Of a stretch of DNA of 64,000 nucleotides, positions 9,875 through 20,205 are shown piece after piece. Positions within the stretch are counted from its first letter, which is position 1; each line of letters begins with the position of its first letter. This DNA is from an uncultured Armatimonadetes bacterium. Lineage in GTDB: Bacteria > Armatimonadota > UBA5829 > DTJY01. The stretch spans positions 3,808,001 through 3,872,000 of the forward strand of contig OY970325.1 in NCBI GenBank assembly GCA_963717145.1, written 5' to 3'. The notes under the pieces are model-generated. The model was not told the origin of the DNA, made no database searches, and was given only the letters and a program-made list of their open reading frames with translations. The position numbers and the translations under genes were made by a program.

Positions 9875-11269
9875 ATGTCACCAGAAGCGATCACTAGACG
9901 CGATTTTCTCAGATACGCCGGCGCCGGACTCGCTACCATTGCGATCCCCGGCGCGCTGTCGTCGGCATTGGCGGCGGACAAGCGGCCGAACATCATCCTC
10001 ATCGTCGCCGATGATCTCGGATACGGCGAACTCGGCTGCCAGGGAGGCAAGGACATCCCGACGCCGAACATCGATTCCATCTCAAAACACGGGATCCGTT
10101 TCACCAATGGATACGTCTCCTGCCCGGTATGCAGCCCGACTCGCGCCGGCCTGAACACCGGCCGATACCAGCAGCGGTTCGGCCACGAGCTGAACCCGGG
10201 GCCTCCGGGACAGGCGCAGGACAACTTCGGCCTGCCGTTGACGGAAACCTTCTTCGCGGCCAGGCTCAAGGCGGCGGGATACGTGACCGGTATGTTCGGC
10301 AAGTGGCACCTCGGCTACAGGAAGGGCTACATGCCGCTCGACCGTGGCTTCGATGAGTTCTTCGGCTTCCCCGGCGGCGCACATGCCTACATGAACGCCC
10401 AGATCGACGGCGACAACCCGATCATGCGGGGCAACAAGCCGGTTGATGAGAAGGAATACCTGACCGACGCCTTCGGGCGCGAGGCCGTGTCGTTCATCGA
10501 GAAACACAAGGCCGAGCCATTCTACCTCTACCTGCCGTTCAACGCCGTCCATTCACCGCTCGAAGCACCTGAGAAGTACATGAGCCGCTTCACGAGCATC
10601 GCGGACAAGAAGCGCCAGACGTTTGCGGCAATGCAGTCGGCGATGGACGACAACGTCGGCAAGGTGCTCGATGCCGTCCGCAAGAATGGGCTCGAGGAGA
10701 ACACGCTGATCATCTTCGTCAGCGACAACGGCGGACCCACGAAGGGTACCACCTCAGCCAACGGTCCGCTCCGCGCGTTCAAGGGCGACACCTACGAGGG
10801 GGGGATCCGCGTCCCATACATGCTGCAATGGAAGGGCAAGATCCCAGCGGGCAAGACTTACGATCAGCCCGTGATCGCGCTCGATATCGCACCGACCGTC
10901 TGCGCGCTTGCCGAAGCGAAGAGGGACGGCGCGAAGTTCGACGGCGTGGACCTGATGCCGTTCCTGACCGGCAAGTCGACCGACGCTCCTCACGAGGCTC
11001 TCTACTGGCGATATGGGAAGAAGTACGCGATCCGCGAGGGAGACTGGAAGCTCGTCGACAACGGCACCGGCAAGTGGGAGCTGTACGACCTCTCCAAGGA
11101 TATCGGTGAGTCGAAGGACTTGGCGGCTGACAAGCCTGCCAAGTTCAAGAAGCTGAAGGCCCGCTGGGACAAGTGGAACTCAGAACTCGTTCCGCCGCTC
11201 TGGCAGATGCAGCGCCAGCCGAAGAACAACAAGCCGGCGAAACCCGCCAAGCCGCCGAAAGCCAAGTAA
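9875..11269 (+). CDS. Tat-exported formylglycine-dependent sulfatase
   Basis: 'TRRDFL' Tat motif, 'VADDLG', 'CSPTR' (CxPxR), 'GKWHLG', 'SDNG'. Confidence 0.92.
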   Translation: MSPEAITRRDFLRYAGAGLATIAIPGALSSALAADKRPNIILIVADDLGYGELGCQGGKDIPTPNIDSISKHGIRFTNGYVSCPVCSPTRAGLNTGRYQQRFGHELNPGPPGQAQDNFGLPLTETFFAARLKAAGYVTGMFGKWHLGYRKGYMPLDRGFDEFFGFPGGAHAYMNAQIDGDNPIMRGNKPVDEKEYLTDAFGREAVSFIEKHKAEPFYLYLPFNAVHSPLEAPEKYMSRFTSIADKKRQTFAAMQSAMDDNVGKVLDAVRKNGLEENTLIIFVSDNGGPTKGTTSANGPLRAFKGDTYEGGIRVPYMLQWKGKIPAGKTYDQPVIALDIAPTVCALAEAKRDGAKFDGVDLMPFLTGKSTDAPHEALYWRYGKKYAIREGDWKLVDNGTGKWELYDLSKDIGESKDLAADKPAKFKKLKARWDKWNSELVPPLWQMQRQPKNNKPAKPAKPPKAK

Positions 11270-12540
11270 GGCAAGTGTGGGGGTGTGGGAGTATGGGAGT
11301 ATTCCGGACGCCCATACTCCCACACTCCCATACTACCATTCTCCGCTTCGATCCACCCGCGGTCGTTCATCGACTGGACGACCTCGTCGACCGCGAGTAT
11401 CTGCGCGGCCAGGCGGTGACTCACGTCACGGCTCTCGGCCAGTGCGCATACCTCGTCGAACGCGCGGGATATCTGCTTGTCGATGACGGCGTATGTCTCC
11501 TCTTTATCCGTCAGACTGCCGGATTTCGCCTGCCGCCACTCGATATATGATGCGATCACGCCGCCGGCGTTCGCCAGGATGTCCGGAATCGCGCTGATCC
11601 CGCGCTCGCGGAGGACATCATCGCCCTCCGGAGTCGTCGGATCGTTCGCCGCCTCGATGACGAGCTTCGCCTTCAGTCTCTTTGCGGTGTCGGCAGTAAT
11701 CACTCCGCCCTTCGCCGCCGGAATCAGCACGTCGACCGGGAGCAGCAGGAGTTCGTCCCTGTCCATCGCCGGGAGCGATTCGCCTGAAAGCGGCGTTGCT
11801 CCTTTGAGATCGCAGATCGGCAGGCCGCATTCCATATAGACCGCGCTCCCGACATCGGAGACCGCGACCACCTTTGCACCCCAATCGGCGAGGAAGCGTG
11901 CCGTCCAACTCCCCACATTGCCAAACCCCTGGACCGCGACGGTCAGTTCCTCGACGCTCTTCCCTAGTATCCGCTCGGCCGCCATCCGAGTCGTGCTCGC
12001 GGCCCCATAGCCGGTCGCCTCCTCACGGCCTGGGAGTCCGCCGATCCGGGGCGGCTTGCCGGTCACGCATTCGGGGATGTGGGTACAGCCATAGATCGTC
12101 GCCATGTCGGCGGCGTTGGTGCCCATGTCAGGCGCGGGGACGTATGCGCCTGAGTTGATATACGGGCCGAAGATATGCACGTACTCGGTGATCAGCGCGC
12201 GCCTGGCCTCCGGACCGAGTTTCTTCGGGTTGATGCAGATGCCGGATTTGCCGCCGCCGAACGGAATCTTCGCCAGCGCGCACTTGTAGGTCATCAGCTC
12301 GGCCAGCCTGCGGGTCTCCTCCAGGCCGACGTCCTCGGACATGCGAATTCCGCCCTTCGCCGGGCCGCGAACGGCACAGTGGAGGACGATGTACGCATCG
12401 GCCGAGATCAGACCGCCGCCCCACTTGAGGTTCAGGTTCGCGTAGGCTTCCTGGTTGCTCTTACAGAGAAGCTGACGTGCTTCGAGGCTGATCTCGATGT
12501 ACTTCGAAACGAGATCGAGGTCTACAACGCTCATTTTCAT
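11002..12540 (-). CDS. Glu/Leu/Phe/Val dehydrogenase (glutamate dehydrogenase-like); true end probably ~11350, stop apparently lost
   Basis: 'GPAKGGIR', 'PFGGGKSG', 'PAPDMGT', 'QGFGNVG'; ATG 12540 with AAGGAG; ORF runs through a repeat into the sulfatase. Confidence 0.85.
   Translation of the reverse strand: MKMSVVDLDLVSKYIEISLEARQLLCKSNQEAYANLNLKWGGGLISADAYIVLHCAVRGPAKGGIRMSEDVGLEETRRLAELMTYKCALAKIPFGGGKSGICINPKKLGPEARRALITEYVHIFGPYINSGAYVPAPDMGTNAADMATIYGCTHIPECVTGKPPRIGGLPGREEATGYGAASTTRMAAERILGKSVEELTVAVQGFGNVGSWTARFLADWGAKVVAVSDVGSAVYMECGLPICDLKGATPLSGESLPAMDRDELLLLPVDVLIPAAKGGVITADTAKRLKAKLVIEAANDPTTPEGDDVLRERGISAIPDILANAGGVIASYIEWRQAKSGSLTDKEETYAVIDKQISRAFDEVCALAESRDVSHRLAAQILAVDEVVQSMNDRGWIEAENGSMGVWEYGRPEYSHTPTPPHLPYLAFGGLAGFAGLLFFGWRCICQSGGTSSEFHLSQRAFSFLNLAGLSAAKSFDSPISLERSYSSHLPVPLSTSFQSPSRIAYFFPYRQ
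11276..11336. repeat. Octamer palindromic repeat (GGGAGTRT)n/(CCCAYACT)n, family D
   Basis: gtgtgggggtgtgggagtatgggagt...cccatactcccacactcccatact; also ~51030-51076 and ~28459-28505. Confidence 0.7.
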
Positions 12541-12720
12541 CTCCTTCGATGAGTCGACTTCGCCGTCGCCATTGACGGCGACCAAACACAGTGGTATCTT
12601 ACCCAGCCACCGATGAGATTATTGCAGGGAATCAGCCGCGTGTCAACCGAACCTCGGGAGGAGTAGAACAGCGACAGGAGTAAGAGTAAGTACACCGGCT
12701 GACGGATTAGGAGCAATCGA

Positions 12721-15357
12721 ATGAGAATACTGGCAATCTGCATCCTTGTATCGCTGATTCTGGCGTCACGGCTTCTCTCTGACAAGTCGGACGTCTTTGA
12801 CATGTCCGACGTGTCCGGATGGGAGGGCCTCTCGCCCGATCCGAGCATCACGTTCAACAGCATGCCCGCCCCGAAGTGGGATCACTCCAAGAGCCCCCGC
12901 ATCAGCACGGAGAGTATCCCGCACGATTGGGTCCGGTTCAACTGCATCGAATTCGCGCTCCACTGCAATAAGGCGACCGACGGGAAGATCATGCTCGTGC
13001 TCGCGTCCGATACGCCGAAATCCCCCGAAGCGGACTACTTCCTCAAGCCGATCACGCTCGATTGGACCGGCTGGAAGTCGTTCACCATCCCGTACACCGA
13101 CTTCTCGATCGCCCGCTGCCCGATCGGGTTCAGCGACATCCAGTCGATCATGTTCACGTCCGACGGGTGGGAGCTGACGCCGGATCCGGCGGTGGTGATG
13201 CACATCGCCGACCTCCATCTTGGCCAAGCGCCGAGTCCCGCGATATCCGATGCCGATCTGTTCGACATGCTCGATCTCGATCGGACTGGACTCGAAAAGG
13301 TCAAGGCGGCGACCGACCCTGGGGCGAAGAAGCACGAGTTCGCCGAGTACCTGCGCAATCGGGTGACGCCGGTCTGGAAGTGGGACTGGCGCAATGAGCC
13401 GAAGCGCGAGCCCGACCCGTCGAAGGTCGACACCAAGGCGGCGGAGAGGGTGATGGCACATGAACTCTGGAGTTGCAGCCACTACCAGAAGTATGAGGGC
13501 GAGATCGACTGGACGCTCAACCCGATCAACTACCGCGAATGGCCGTGGCAGCTCAATCGCCACAGGGACTGGATCACCCTCGGCGACGCATATCGGCGCA
13601 CGGGCGACGAAAAGTACGCGCGGGAGTTCGTCTTCCAGCTCAGAGACTGGCTTGCGAAGTGCCCCGTGCCGACGGACTGCAGCGGGAACCAGTCATACAC
13701 CTGGCGCACGATTGAGGCGGGCATCCGCGCGGGCCAGTCGTGGATGGACATCTATCACAAGTTCCTGACCTCGCCGTCGTTCACCGACGATGCGGTCGTC
13801 GGAATGGTGAAGTCATTCGCCGAGCACGCAAGGCATCTGATGCGCTACCCCACGACCGGCAACTGGCTTACGATGGAGATGAACGGCCTGATGCACATCG
13901 GCGTCATGTTCCCCGAGTTCAAGGAAGCTCAGGAGTGGCGCACGTTCGCATCGGGGAAGGTCTACGAGGAACTCGACCGCCAGGTCTACCCCGATGGCGC
14001 TCAGATCGAGCTTTCGACCGGCTACCACCAGGTGAGTCTCGGCAACCTCGTCTCGGCATGGCAGGTCGCTCATCTGAACAACGTGCCGATGCCTGAGGAC
14101 TACGTCGCGAAGATCCAGCGGATGTACGACTATAACCTGAATGCCTCAATGCCCGGCGGCACTCTCCCTGGGCTGAACGATTCAGGACGCACGGGGATCA
14201 CCGGATCGATGAAACAGGCGTTCGAGTTCTACCCCGCGCGGAAGGATTATGAGTGGGTCGCGACCGGCGGTAAGAGCGGAGTGAAGCCATCGGTCGGCTC
14301 GATCGCGCTCCCATTCGCCGGCCAACTCGTGATGCGCTCCGGATGGGATCCGAACGATCTCTATCTGCTCCTCGACGCCGGCCCGTTCGGCTACGGCCAT
14401 CAGCACGAGGACGCGCTCTCGTTCGTGATCTACTCGCACGGCAGGTATCACCTCGTCGACGCGGGGAATTACCCCTACGACAGCTCGCAGTGGCGGCAGT
14501 ACGTGCTCTCGACCCGGGCGCACAACACCATCATGGTCGACGGCGAGGACCAGCATCGTCGCGGCAAGTCGAACAGAAACGAGTACGTCATCTCGAAGCC
14601 ACTGCCGAATAGGTGGATCGCGGGTGAAGGCTTCGACTACGCGTCCGGCGTCTACGATGAAGGCTACGGCCCGAAAAACGACGTCAGGGTGACTCATGCG
14701 CGACACATCTTCTTCGTGAAGCCCGAGTACTGGATCGTCACCGACTTCCTGACCCCGAAGGACACTCAGCCTCACCACTATGACAGCATGTTCCACCTTG
14801 ACACCGAGAGCGTCAAGGTCAACGGGAAATCGGTCGTCACCGAGAACAAGGAGTCGAACCTGGCGATCATCCCGCCGGCGGACGATGGCCTGAGCCTGAA
14901 GGTGATCTCGGGGCAGGAGAAGCCGATCGTGCAGGGATGGATGCCCGCGGGCGGGTACAACGTGCGCCCGATACCGGTTGCGAACTACAGCCGGGAGCAG
15001 TCCGGGCAAACGAGTTTCGCCTGCGTGTTCTACCCGATCGGCGCCGGGAAAGAATGCCCGATCGCTTCGGTGGAGAAGCTGCGGGTCGAGGGCCGCTCTC
15101 AGGTCGTGGGCCTCACCATCCGCTTCGCAGACGGACGGACCGACCATTCCGTCCAGGCGCAGAAACCAGGTGACACGCTCCGATTCCTCGATTTCGAGAC
15201 CGACGCGGAGGCAGCACATATCCGAGTGAATGCGGATGGGACATTGAAGGCACTCCTCGCCGGCGGGACAAAGATCACTCGAGGGGGCAAGCCCGTGGAA
15301 GCAGAGATCAGACCTATCGAGGACCTCTCGAATACGGAAGTAAGGCACAAGTTCTAG
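12721..15357 (+). CDS. Heparinase II/III-family polysaccharide lyase with N-terminal CBM-like domain
   Basis: Signal peptide; 'WPWQLNRH', 'WRTIEAGIR', 'GNWL', 'ELSTGYH', 'GHQHED', 'AHNT'. Confidence 0.9.
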   Translation: MRILAICILVSLILASRLLSDKSDVFDMSDVSGWEGLSPDPSITFNSMPAPKWDHSKSPRISTESIPHDWVRFNCIEFALHCNKATDGKIMLVLASDTPKSPEADYFLKPITLDWTGWKSFTIPYTDFSIARCPIGFSDIQSIMFTSDGWELTPDPAVVMHIADLHLGQAPSPAISDADLFDMLDLDRTGLEKVKAATDPGAKKHEFAEYLRNRVTPVWKWDWRNEPKREPDPSKVDTKAAERVMAHELWSCSHYQKYEGEIDWTLNPINYREWPWQLNRHRDWITLGDAYRRTGDEKYAREFVFQLRDWLAKCPVPTDCSGNQSYTWRTIEAGIRAGQSWMDIYHKFLTSPSFTDDAVVGMVKSFAEHARHLMRYPTTGNWLTMEMNGLMHIGVMFPEFKEAQEWRTFASGKVYEELDRQVYPDGAQIELSTGYHQVSLGNLVSAWQVAHLNNVPMPEDYVAKIQRMYDYNLNASMPGGTLPGLNDSGRTGITGSMKQAFEFYPARKDYEWVATGGKSGVKPSVGSIALPFAGQLVMRSGWDPNDLYLLLDAGPFGYGHQHEDALSFVIYSHGRYHLVDAGNYPYDSSQWRQYVLSTRAHNTIMVDGEDQHRRGKSNRNEYVISKPLPNRWIAGEGFDYASGVYDEGYGPKNDVRVTHARHIFFVKPEYWIVTDFLTPKDTQPHHYDSMFHLDTESVKVNGKSVVTENKESNLAIIPPADDGLSLKVISGQEKPIVQGWMPAGGYNVRPIPVANYSREQSGQTSFACVFYPIGAGKECPIASVEKLRVEGRSQVVGLTIRFADGRTDHSVQAQKPGDTLRFLDFETDAEAAHIRVNADGTLKALLAGGTKITRGGKPVEAEIRPIEDLSNTEVRHKF

Positions 15358-15367
15358 GGGATCGGGA

Positions 15368-16000
15368 TCAGGGGGTGGGGGACTGCCGGATGAGGTAAGT
15401 GCAGCGGCGACTGCCGGTGGTCATGAGTTCGGTTCGCTGGACGTCTGCTCCAAGTACCTGCTGGAGCATCTCCATCTCCTCTGCGCAAGCCTGCGGGAAG
15501 AGGCTGACCACTCGGCTGAGCACACAATTGTAAATGTGTAGCTCGTAGCCGCCCTCGACCGGATACCACTCGGCCATCGCATCATCCTCGCTCAGGAGTT
15601 CAGTCAGCCGCGCGATCTTCTGCTCGAGTTCCATTCCCGCGAGCTTCGCCGCATACTCGACCGCGAGTGTCGTCGCCCGCGCGTGGAATATGCCATGGAT
15701 CTTCTCCTCGCCGTCCAACTCGGCAATGCGGCTCAGGATCGAGGTTGCGAGGTGCTCATACTGCTTGGGGAAGATCTCATCGGCCAGGGAAGAGAGGACG
15801 TAGACCGCGACCGGACGACCGACGGGCCTGCGAGTCACGTGCTGCTCCACGAGATCGGCTGCTTGTAGATGAGTTAGTTGATGGCGAACGGCAACCGATG
15901 TCATGCCGAGGCATTCGGCAAGCTCAGTAGCGGTAAGTTCTCCCCGCTTCTTCAGCGCGTGGAGAATCTCTCTCCGTGTTGATGTGAGGTGACGCGGCAT
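15368..16000 (-). CDS. SufR-like wHTH transcriptional regulator (putative Fe-S/metal-binding C-terminus)
   Basis: 'LGMTSVAVRHQL', 'GRP..VY.L', C-terminal 'NC..','AC..E','RC' cysteines. Confidence 0.8.
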   Translation of the reverse strand: MPRHLTSTRREILHALKKRGELTATELAECLGMTSVAVRHQLTHLQAADLVEQHVTRRPVGRPVAVYVLSSLADEIFPKQYEHLATSILSRIAELDGEEKIHGIFHARATTLAVEYAAKLAGMELEQKIARLTELLSEDDAMAEWYPVEGGYELHIYNCVLSRVVSLFPQACAEEMEMLQQVLGADVQRTELMTTGSRRCTYLIRQSPTP

Positions 16001-16149
16001 TATATGTACCCGGTTGGACGATCATACCACAGGTATATACCCCCACGTCAAGCGAACTGAAACCTGGAATCTGACCGTTTGTATCCTTTGCGCCCGCTTG
16101 CCTGCCCAGATGACATGCATTTCCCGTCCAATATGGGGTATACTGAGAT

Positions 16150-16233
16150 GTAGTGGCCGTGCCTCCGTGCCGGCCATTGGCCACCATAGCGCCATCTCTG
16201 ACGGCATGGCCGGCACGGAGGCACGGCCACTAC
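16150..16233. repeat. REP-like palindrome, family A copy 3
   Basis: GTAGTGGCCGTGCCTCCGTGCCGGCC + inverted copy. Confidence 0.85.
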
Positions 16234-16267
16234 ATCGCCGAAGAGACACGAACCGGAGGCACAGAGA

Positions 16268-17296
16268 ATGATCGACCTGATCAGTGATACCGTCACCCAG
16301 CCCTCTCCCGAGATGAGGAAGGCCATTGCAGAGGCGGAGGTCGGCGACTCCCAGCGCGCCGAGGATCCGACCGTCAATGCACTCCAATCCGAGGCCGCCG
16401 AACTCCTCGGCAAGGACGCGGCGCTCTTCGTGCCATCCGCCACGATGGCCAACCAGATCGCCTACAAGGTCCACACCCGGCCCGGCGACGAGATCATCAT
16501 GGACCGCTGGTCCCATCCGATCCACTTCGAGGGAGCTGGCCCCGCCGTCCTCTCCAGCGTGATGATCTACCCGCTCGACGGCGACCGGGGCGTCTTCGGC
16601 GAGGAAGACGTGCTCGCCGCGATCCGTCCGGACGATCCTCATTCGCCCCGCACGCGGCTTGTGTCGATCGAGCACACCCACAACCTCGGCGGCGGCAAGA
16701 TCTGGCCGATGGACACACTCGCGGCGGTATCGAGCGTCGCCCGCCTTCACGGATTGGCCCTTCACATGGACGGCTCGCGTCTGATGAACGCCGTCGTCGC
16801 GACCGGCATCAGCGCCCGGGATTACTGCGCCAACGTCGATTCCGTGACGCTCTGCTTCACGAAGGGCCTCGGCGCTCCCGTCGGGGCCGTGCTGGCCGGC
16901 GACAAAGATTTCATCAAGCAGGCGCGGAGATACCAGCAGACGTTCGGAGGCGCGATGCGTCAAGGCGGGATCATCGCTGCGGGCGCGCTCTATGGCCTCA
17001 GGCACAACGTCGATCGCCTGGCCGAGGACCACGCCAACGCGCGGCTGCTGGCCGAACGTCTGGCCGCTGAGGACGGCATCGACATCCGGCCCGCTGATGT
17101 GGAGACGAACATCGTCTTCTTCGGCGTGAGCGGCACGAGAATGAGCGCTCAGGATTTCGCGGGAAAGCTGAGGGATCGCGGCGTCAGAGTGGGAGCATAC
17201 AAGGGCGAGAGGATGAGAGCCGTCGTCCACCTCGGCATCACCCGCCAGGACATCATCACGGCGGCAGATGCCATTCACCAGGTACTCGCAGGATAG
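16268..17296 (+). CDS. ltaE: Low-specificity L-threonine aldolase (PLP)
   Basis: 'DLISDTVT.P', 'SATMANQ', 'HMDGSR', '[11 protein letters not shown]'. Confidence 0.9.
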   Translation: MIDLISDTVTQPSPEMRKAIAEAEVGDSQRAEDPTVNALQSEAAELLGKDAALFVPSATMANQIAYKVHTRPGDEIIMDRWSHPIHFEGAGPAVLSSVMIYPLDGDRGVFGEEDVLAAIRPDDPHSPRTRLVSIEHTHNLGGGKIWPMDTLAAVSSVARLHGLALHMDGSRLMNAVVATGISARDYCANVDSVTLCFTKGLGAPVGAVLAGDKDFIKQARRYQQTFGGAMRQGGIIAAGALYGLRHNVDRLAEDHANARLLAERLAAEDGIDIRPADVETNIVFFGVSGTRMSAQDFAGKLRDRGVRVGAYKGERMRAVVHLGITRQDIITAADAIHQVLAG

Positions 17297-17415
17297 GAAC
17301 TCGGGCGTTCTTGGCGCTCTTGTCCCCTTGGCGTTCTTGGCGTCTTGGCGGTTCATGCAGGTCAAGTCATCCCCGGCGGGGAACAGAATATACAGTCACA
17401 AGACGGAGGCAAAAC

Positions 17416-17736
17416 GTGCAAATACAATTTCAGAGGATCGCTCGAGGTCCGGCGTGGGAGCGCTGGATCATCGAGGAAGGGCAGCATGGGGACGCCGCCT
17501 ACGCGGGCCATGTCGTCATCACCTACTCGGATACGACGACCGACTCAGTCTTCGAGGCCGATGTGGTATTTCTGCGCCCGCTCAGCGAGGACGAGATGGG
17601 CGACCTGCTGGACGAGCTCTCCCGAATTCTGTGCAATGAGGGCGGCGCCTCGATCTTCATCGGCGATGAAGTCGTCCGCAAGTGCTTCTGCCCGGAGGAC
17701 GACGACGACTTCGACGATGACGAGACGCTGAACTGA
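17416..17736 (+). CDS. Small acidic hypothetical protein
   Basis: GGAGG RBS + GTG at 17416; codon usage typical of the genome; acidic tail. Confidence 0.6.
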   Translation: MQIQFQRIARGPAWERWIIEEGQHGDAAYAGHVVITYSDTTTDSVFEADVVFLRPLSEDEMGDLLDELSRILCNEGGASIFIGDEVVRKCFCPEDDDDFDDDETLN

Positions 17737-17807
17737 AAACGTGGGCCATCTCGCCTGCGCCCCTCCTTACGAAGGAGGGGCCGGCCGGCAGGCCGGGGGA
17801 GGTTTGG

Positions 17808-17944
17808 CTTGGCGTCCTTGGCGTCTTGGCGGTTCCCTCTCGTGTGCCCGCATGAAGAAACCCCCTCGGCCCAGAGGCGTCGAGAGACGCCGGAGGCCGT
17901 CCCCAGAGGGACGCAGAGGCCGGTCCCCCTTCGTAAGGGGGACA
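17808..17944. repeat. Composite repeat: (CTTGGCGTC)n and CCCCTCGGCCCAGAGGC..CCCCCTTCGTAAGGGGGACA elements (families G/H)
   Basis: Related copies at ~7023-7066, ~17317-17352 and ~29640-29783 (inverted). Confidence 0.7.
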
Positions 17945-17954
17945 TCTCCGTGGG

Positions 17955-20048
17955 CTACAGGTTGATCCGCCTGAGCAACTGCGCGTTGGCGGCCACGATC
18001 ACCGTGCTGACCGACATGAAGAGCGCCCCGACGGCCGGTGGGAGGATTATCCCGTACCCGGCAAGCACTCCGGCAGCGAGCGGGATGGCGACCACGTTGT
18101 ACCCCGTTGCCCATAGAAGGTTCTGCACCATCTTCCGGTAGCTGGACTTCGAGAGCCGCACGATCCGGACCACATCCCTCGGATCGTTTCTGACCAACAC
18201 GATCCCTCCCGCCTCTACCGCGACATCGGTTCCCGCGCCGATCGCGATCCCGACATCCGCCGCCACGAGCGCGGGTGCGTCGTTCACCCCATCGCCGACC
18301 ATCGCTACACGCTTGCCCTGCCGACGAAGCTCCTCGACCTTCTTCGCCTTGTCCTCCGGCAACACGCCGGCGTAGTACTCGTCGATCCCCAGTTCGCCGG
18401 CGACCCAGCGCGCGACATCCTCACTGTCGCCGGTCATCATGGCGACTCCGATGCCCTCCTCCCGGAGGCCCTGAACCGCCTCCCGGGACTCGGGCCGGAT
18501 GACATCCGCCAGGGCAAATGCCGCCTTCACGTGGTCCTCATCGACCAGGTAGACCACCGTCTGCCCGGCCTGACGCGCCTCCTCGATCGAGCCGAAGAGG
18601 GCGGGCCGGGAGGGCGAGGCTTCGTCCGAGCCGGATGCTTCGGCAGCAGAACCGAGTGGCGCTACGGAAGCATCCGGCTCGGACGGAGCCTCGCCCTCCC
18701 GCGTGTCCTCCTTGGATGATAGCATCCCAGGCCCGCCGACCATGATCGTCCGCCCATCGATCCGCGCCTCGACCCCACGACCTGGGAGCGCCCGGAAGCC
18801 TTCCACCTGAGGTAGCTCCAGATGCCTATCCTCTGCCGCACGGACGATCGCGCGGGCAATAATGTGCTCCGAATCCTTCTCCACCGAAGCGGCGAGGGCG
18901 AGAGCCCGGTTCTCATCCATGTCGCCGACCGTATAGACTCCGACGACGCCCTGCTCGCCCTTGGTGAGAGTGCCTGTCTTGTCGAAAACGACCACATCCA
19001 GGTTCCGCGCCAGTTCGAGCGCCAGCCGGTCGCGCACCAGGAGTCCGTTCCGGGCGGCAAGAGTCGTCGAGATCGCCACGACCAGTGGAATCGCCAGCCC
19101 GAGCGCGTGCGGGCAGGCGATCACCATCACCGTGACGGTCCGCTCGAGCGCAAATGCCCCGGGACGGCCGCTGAAGAACTCCCAGGCGATGAATGTGATC
19201 GCCGCGACCGAGAGCGCGATGATCGTGAGCCAATATGCGGCCCGGTCTGCCAGATTCTGAGCCATCGAGCGGGACGCCTGCGCCTGCTCGACGAGCTTCA
19301 TGATCCCCGCGAGCGCGGTCTCCTCCCCGACCTTCGTCACCCGCACCCGGAGCGATCCGTCGCCGTTCACGGTTCCGCCGATCACCTCCGAGCCGGGCGA
19401 CTTCGGGACCGGCATCGACTCGCCCGTGATCATCGCCTCGTTGACATCGGATTCGCCCTCGACGACCTCGCCGTCCGCCGGGACCTTCGCGCCCGGTCGG
19501 ATCAGGACCAGGTCGCCCTTCCGAAGCTCAGAGACCGGTATGACCTCCATCTGCCCACCGGTGATCCGCTCGGCCTCGTCCGGCATCCATCTCGCCAGTT
19601 CCCGAAGCGCTCCACGAGCGGCTCCAATCGCCCGCATCTCCATCCAGTGCCCGAAGAGCATCACGGTCACCAGCGTCGAAAGCTCCCAGTAGAGCGGTTC
19701 GCCCCTGAGTCCGAAGGTCACCGCGACCGAGTATACGTATGCGACGGTGATCGCCAGCGCGATGAGCGTCATCATCCCCAGGGCGCGCGCCTGAATCTCC
19801 GTGATCGCTCCCCGAAGGAAGAAGAGCCCGCCGTAGAAGAAGATGATCGTGCTCAGGACAGGTGGGACGTACGCCGAGCCGGGGAATGCCGGAGGGGTGA
19901 AGTGCAATAGCCGTTGGATGCCGGTCGAGTATATGACCACCGGGATCGTCAGGACCAGGACGACCCGGAACTTCCGCCACAGGATGCCGATGTCGTGGCC
20001 GGCATGGCGTTCGTGGGTCGTGTGGGTTGTGTGCTCGCCGTGTTCCAT
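17955..20048 (-). CDS. copB: Copper-translocating P1B-type ATPase (CopB-like, CPH motif)
   Basis: His-rich N-terminus, 'TGES', 'CPHALG', 'DKTGT', 'SEH', 'GDGVND', 'YN', 'MSVST'. Confidence 0.9.
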   Translation of the reverse strand: MEHGEHTTHTTHERHAGHDIGILWRKFRVVLVLTIPVVIYSTGIQRLLHFTPPAFPGSAYVPPVLSTIIFFYGGLFFLRGAITEIQARALGMMTLIALAITVAYVYSVAVTFGLRGEPLYWELSTLVTVMLFGHWMEMRAIGAARGALRELARWMPDEAERITGGQMEVIPVSELRKGDLVLIRPGAKVPADGEVVEGESDVNEAMITGESMPVPKSPGSEVIGGTVNGDGSLRVRVTKVGEETALAGIMKLVEQAQASRSMAQNLADRAAYWLTIIALSVAAITFIAWEFFSGRPGAFALERTVTVMVIACPHALGLAIPLVVAISTTLAARNGLLVRDRLALELARNLDVVVFDKTGTLTKGEQGVVGVYTVGDMDENRALALAASVEKDSEHIIARAIVRAAEDRHLELPQVEGFRALPGRGVEARIDGRTIMVGGPGMLSSKEDTREGEAPSEPDASVAPLGSAAEASGSDEASPSRPALFGSIEEARQAGQTVVYLVDEDHVKAAFALADVIRPESREAVQGLREEGIGVAMMTGDSEDVARWVAGELGIDEYYAGVLPEDKAKKVEELRRQGKRVAMVGDGVNDAPALVAADVGIAIGAGTDVAVEAGGIVLVRNDPRDVVRIVRLSKSSYRKMVQNLLWATGYNVVAIPLAAGVLAGYGIILPPAVGALFMSVSTVIVAANAQLLRRINL
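18607..18701. repeat. REP-like palindrome inserted in frame within copB
   Basis: 35 bp arms, 1 mismatch; 26 nt of the arm recur intergenically at 52529-52554. Confidence 0.85.
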
Positions 20049-20135
20049 CACGATCACTTACCCGCTGGAGGACCGAGCAAAACGGACGATCGAGTGTCGT
20101 TTGATGCGTCCGCCCACCGGGTATTCTTATATGAA

Positions 20136-20165
20136 AGAAACAGGATAATGCCATCGCACGTCTAA
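20136..20165 (+). promoter_or_regulatory. Putative ECF-sigma promoter
   Basis: AGAAAC-N17-CGTCTAA. Confidence 0.55.
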
Positions 20166-20205
20166 TGCATTAAGTGAGTGACCTCAACGGGCAGGAGGAT
20201 CGATC

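Noticed and set aside
16058-16083. Additional ECF promoter before ltaE (TGAAAC-N16-TGTA)
   Set aside because: The -10 lacks the CGTCTAA shared by the other sites; too weak to include.
20110-20126. CsoR operator upstream of copB
   Set aside because: Only a half-site (ATACCC..GGG) matches; not a convincing palindrome.
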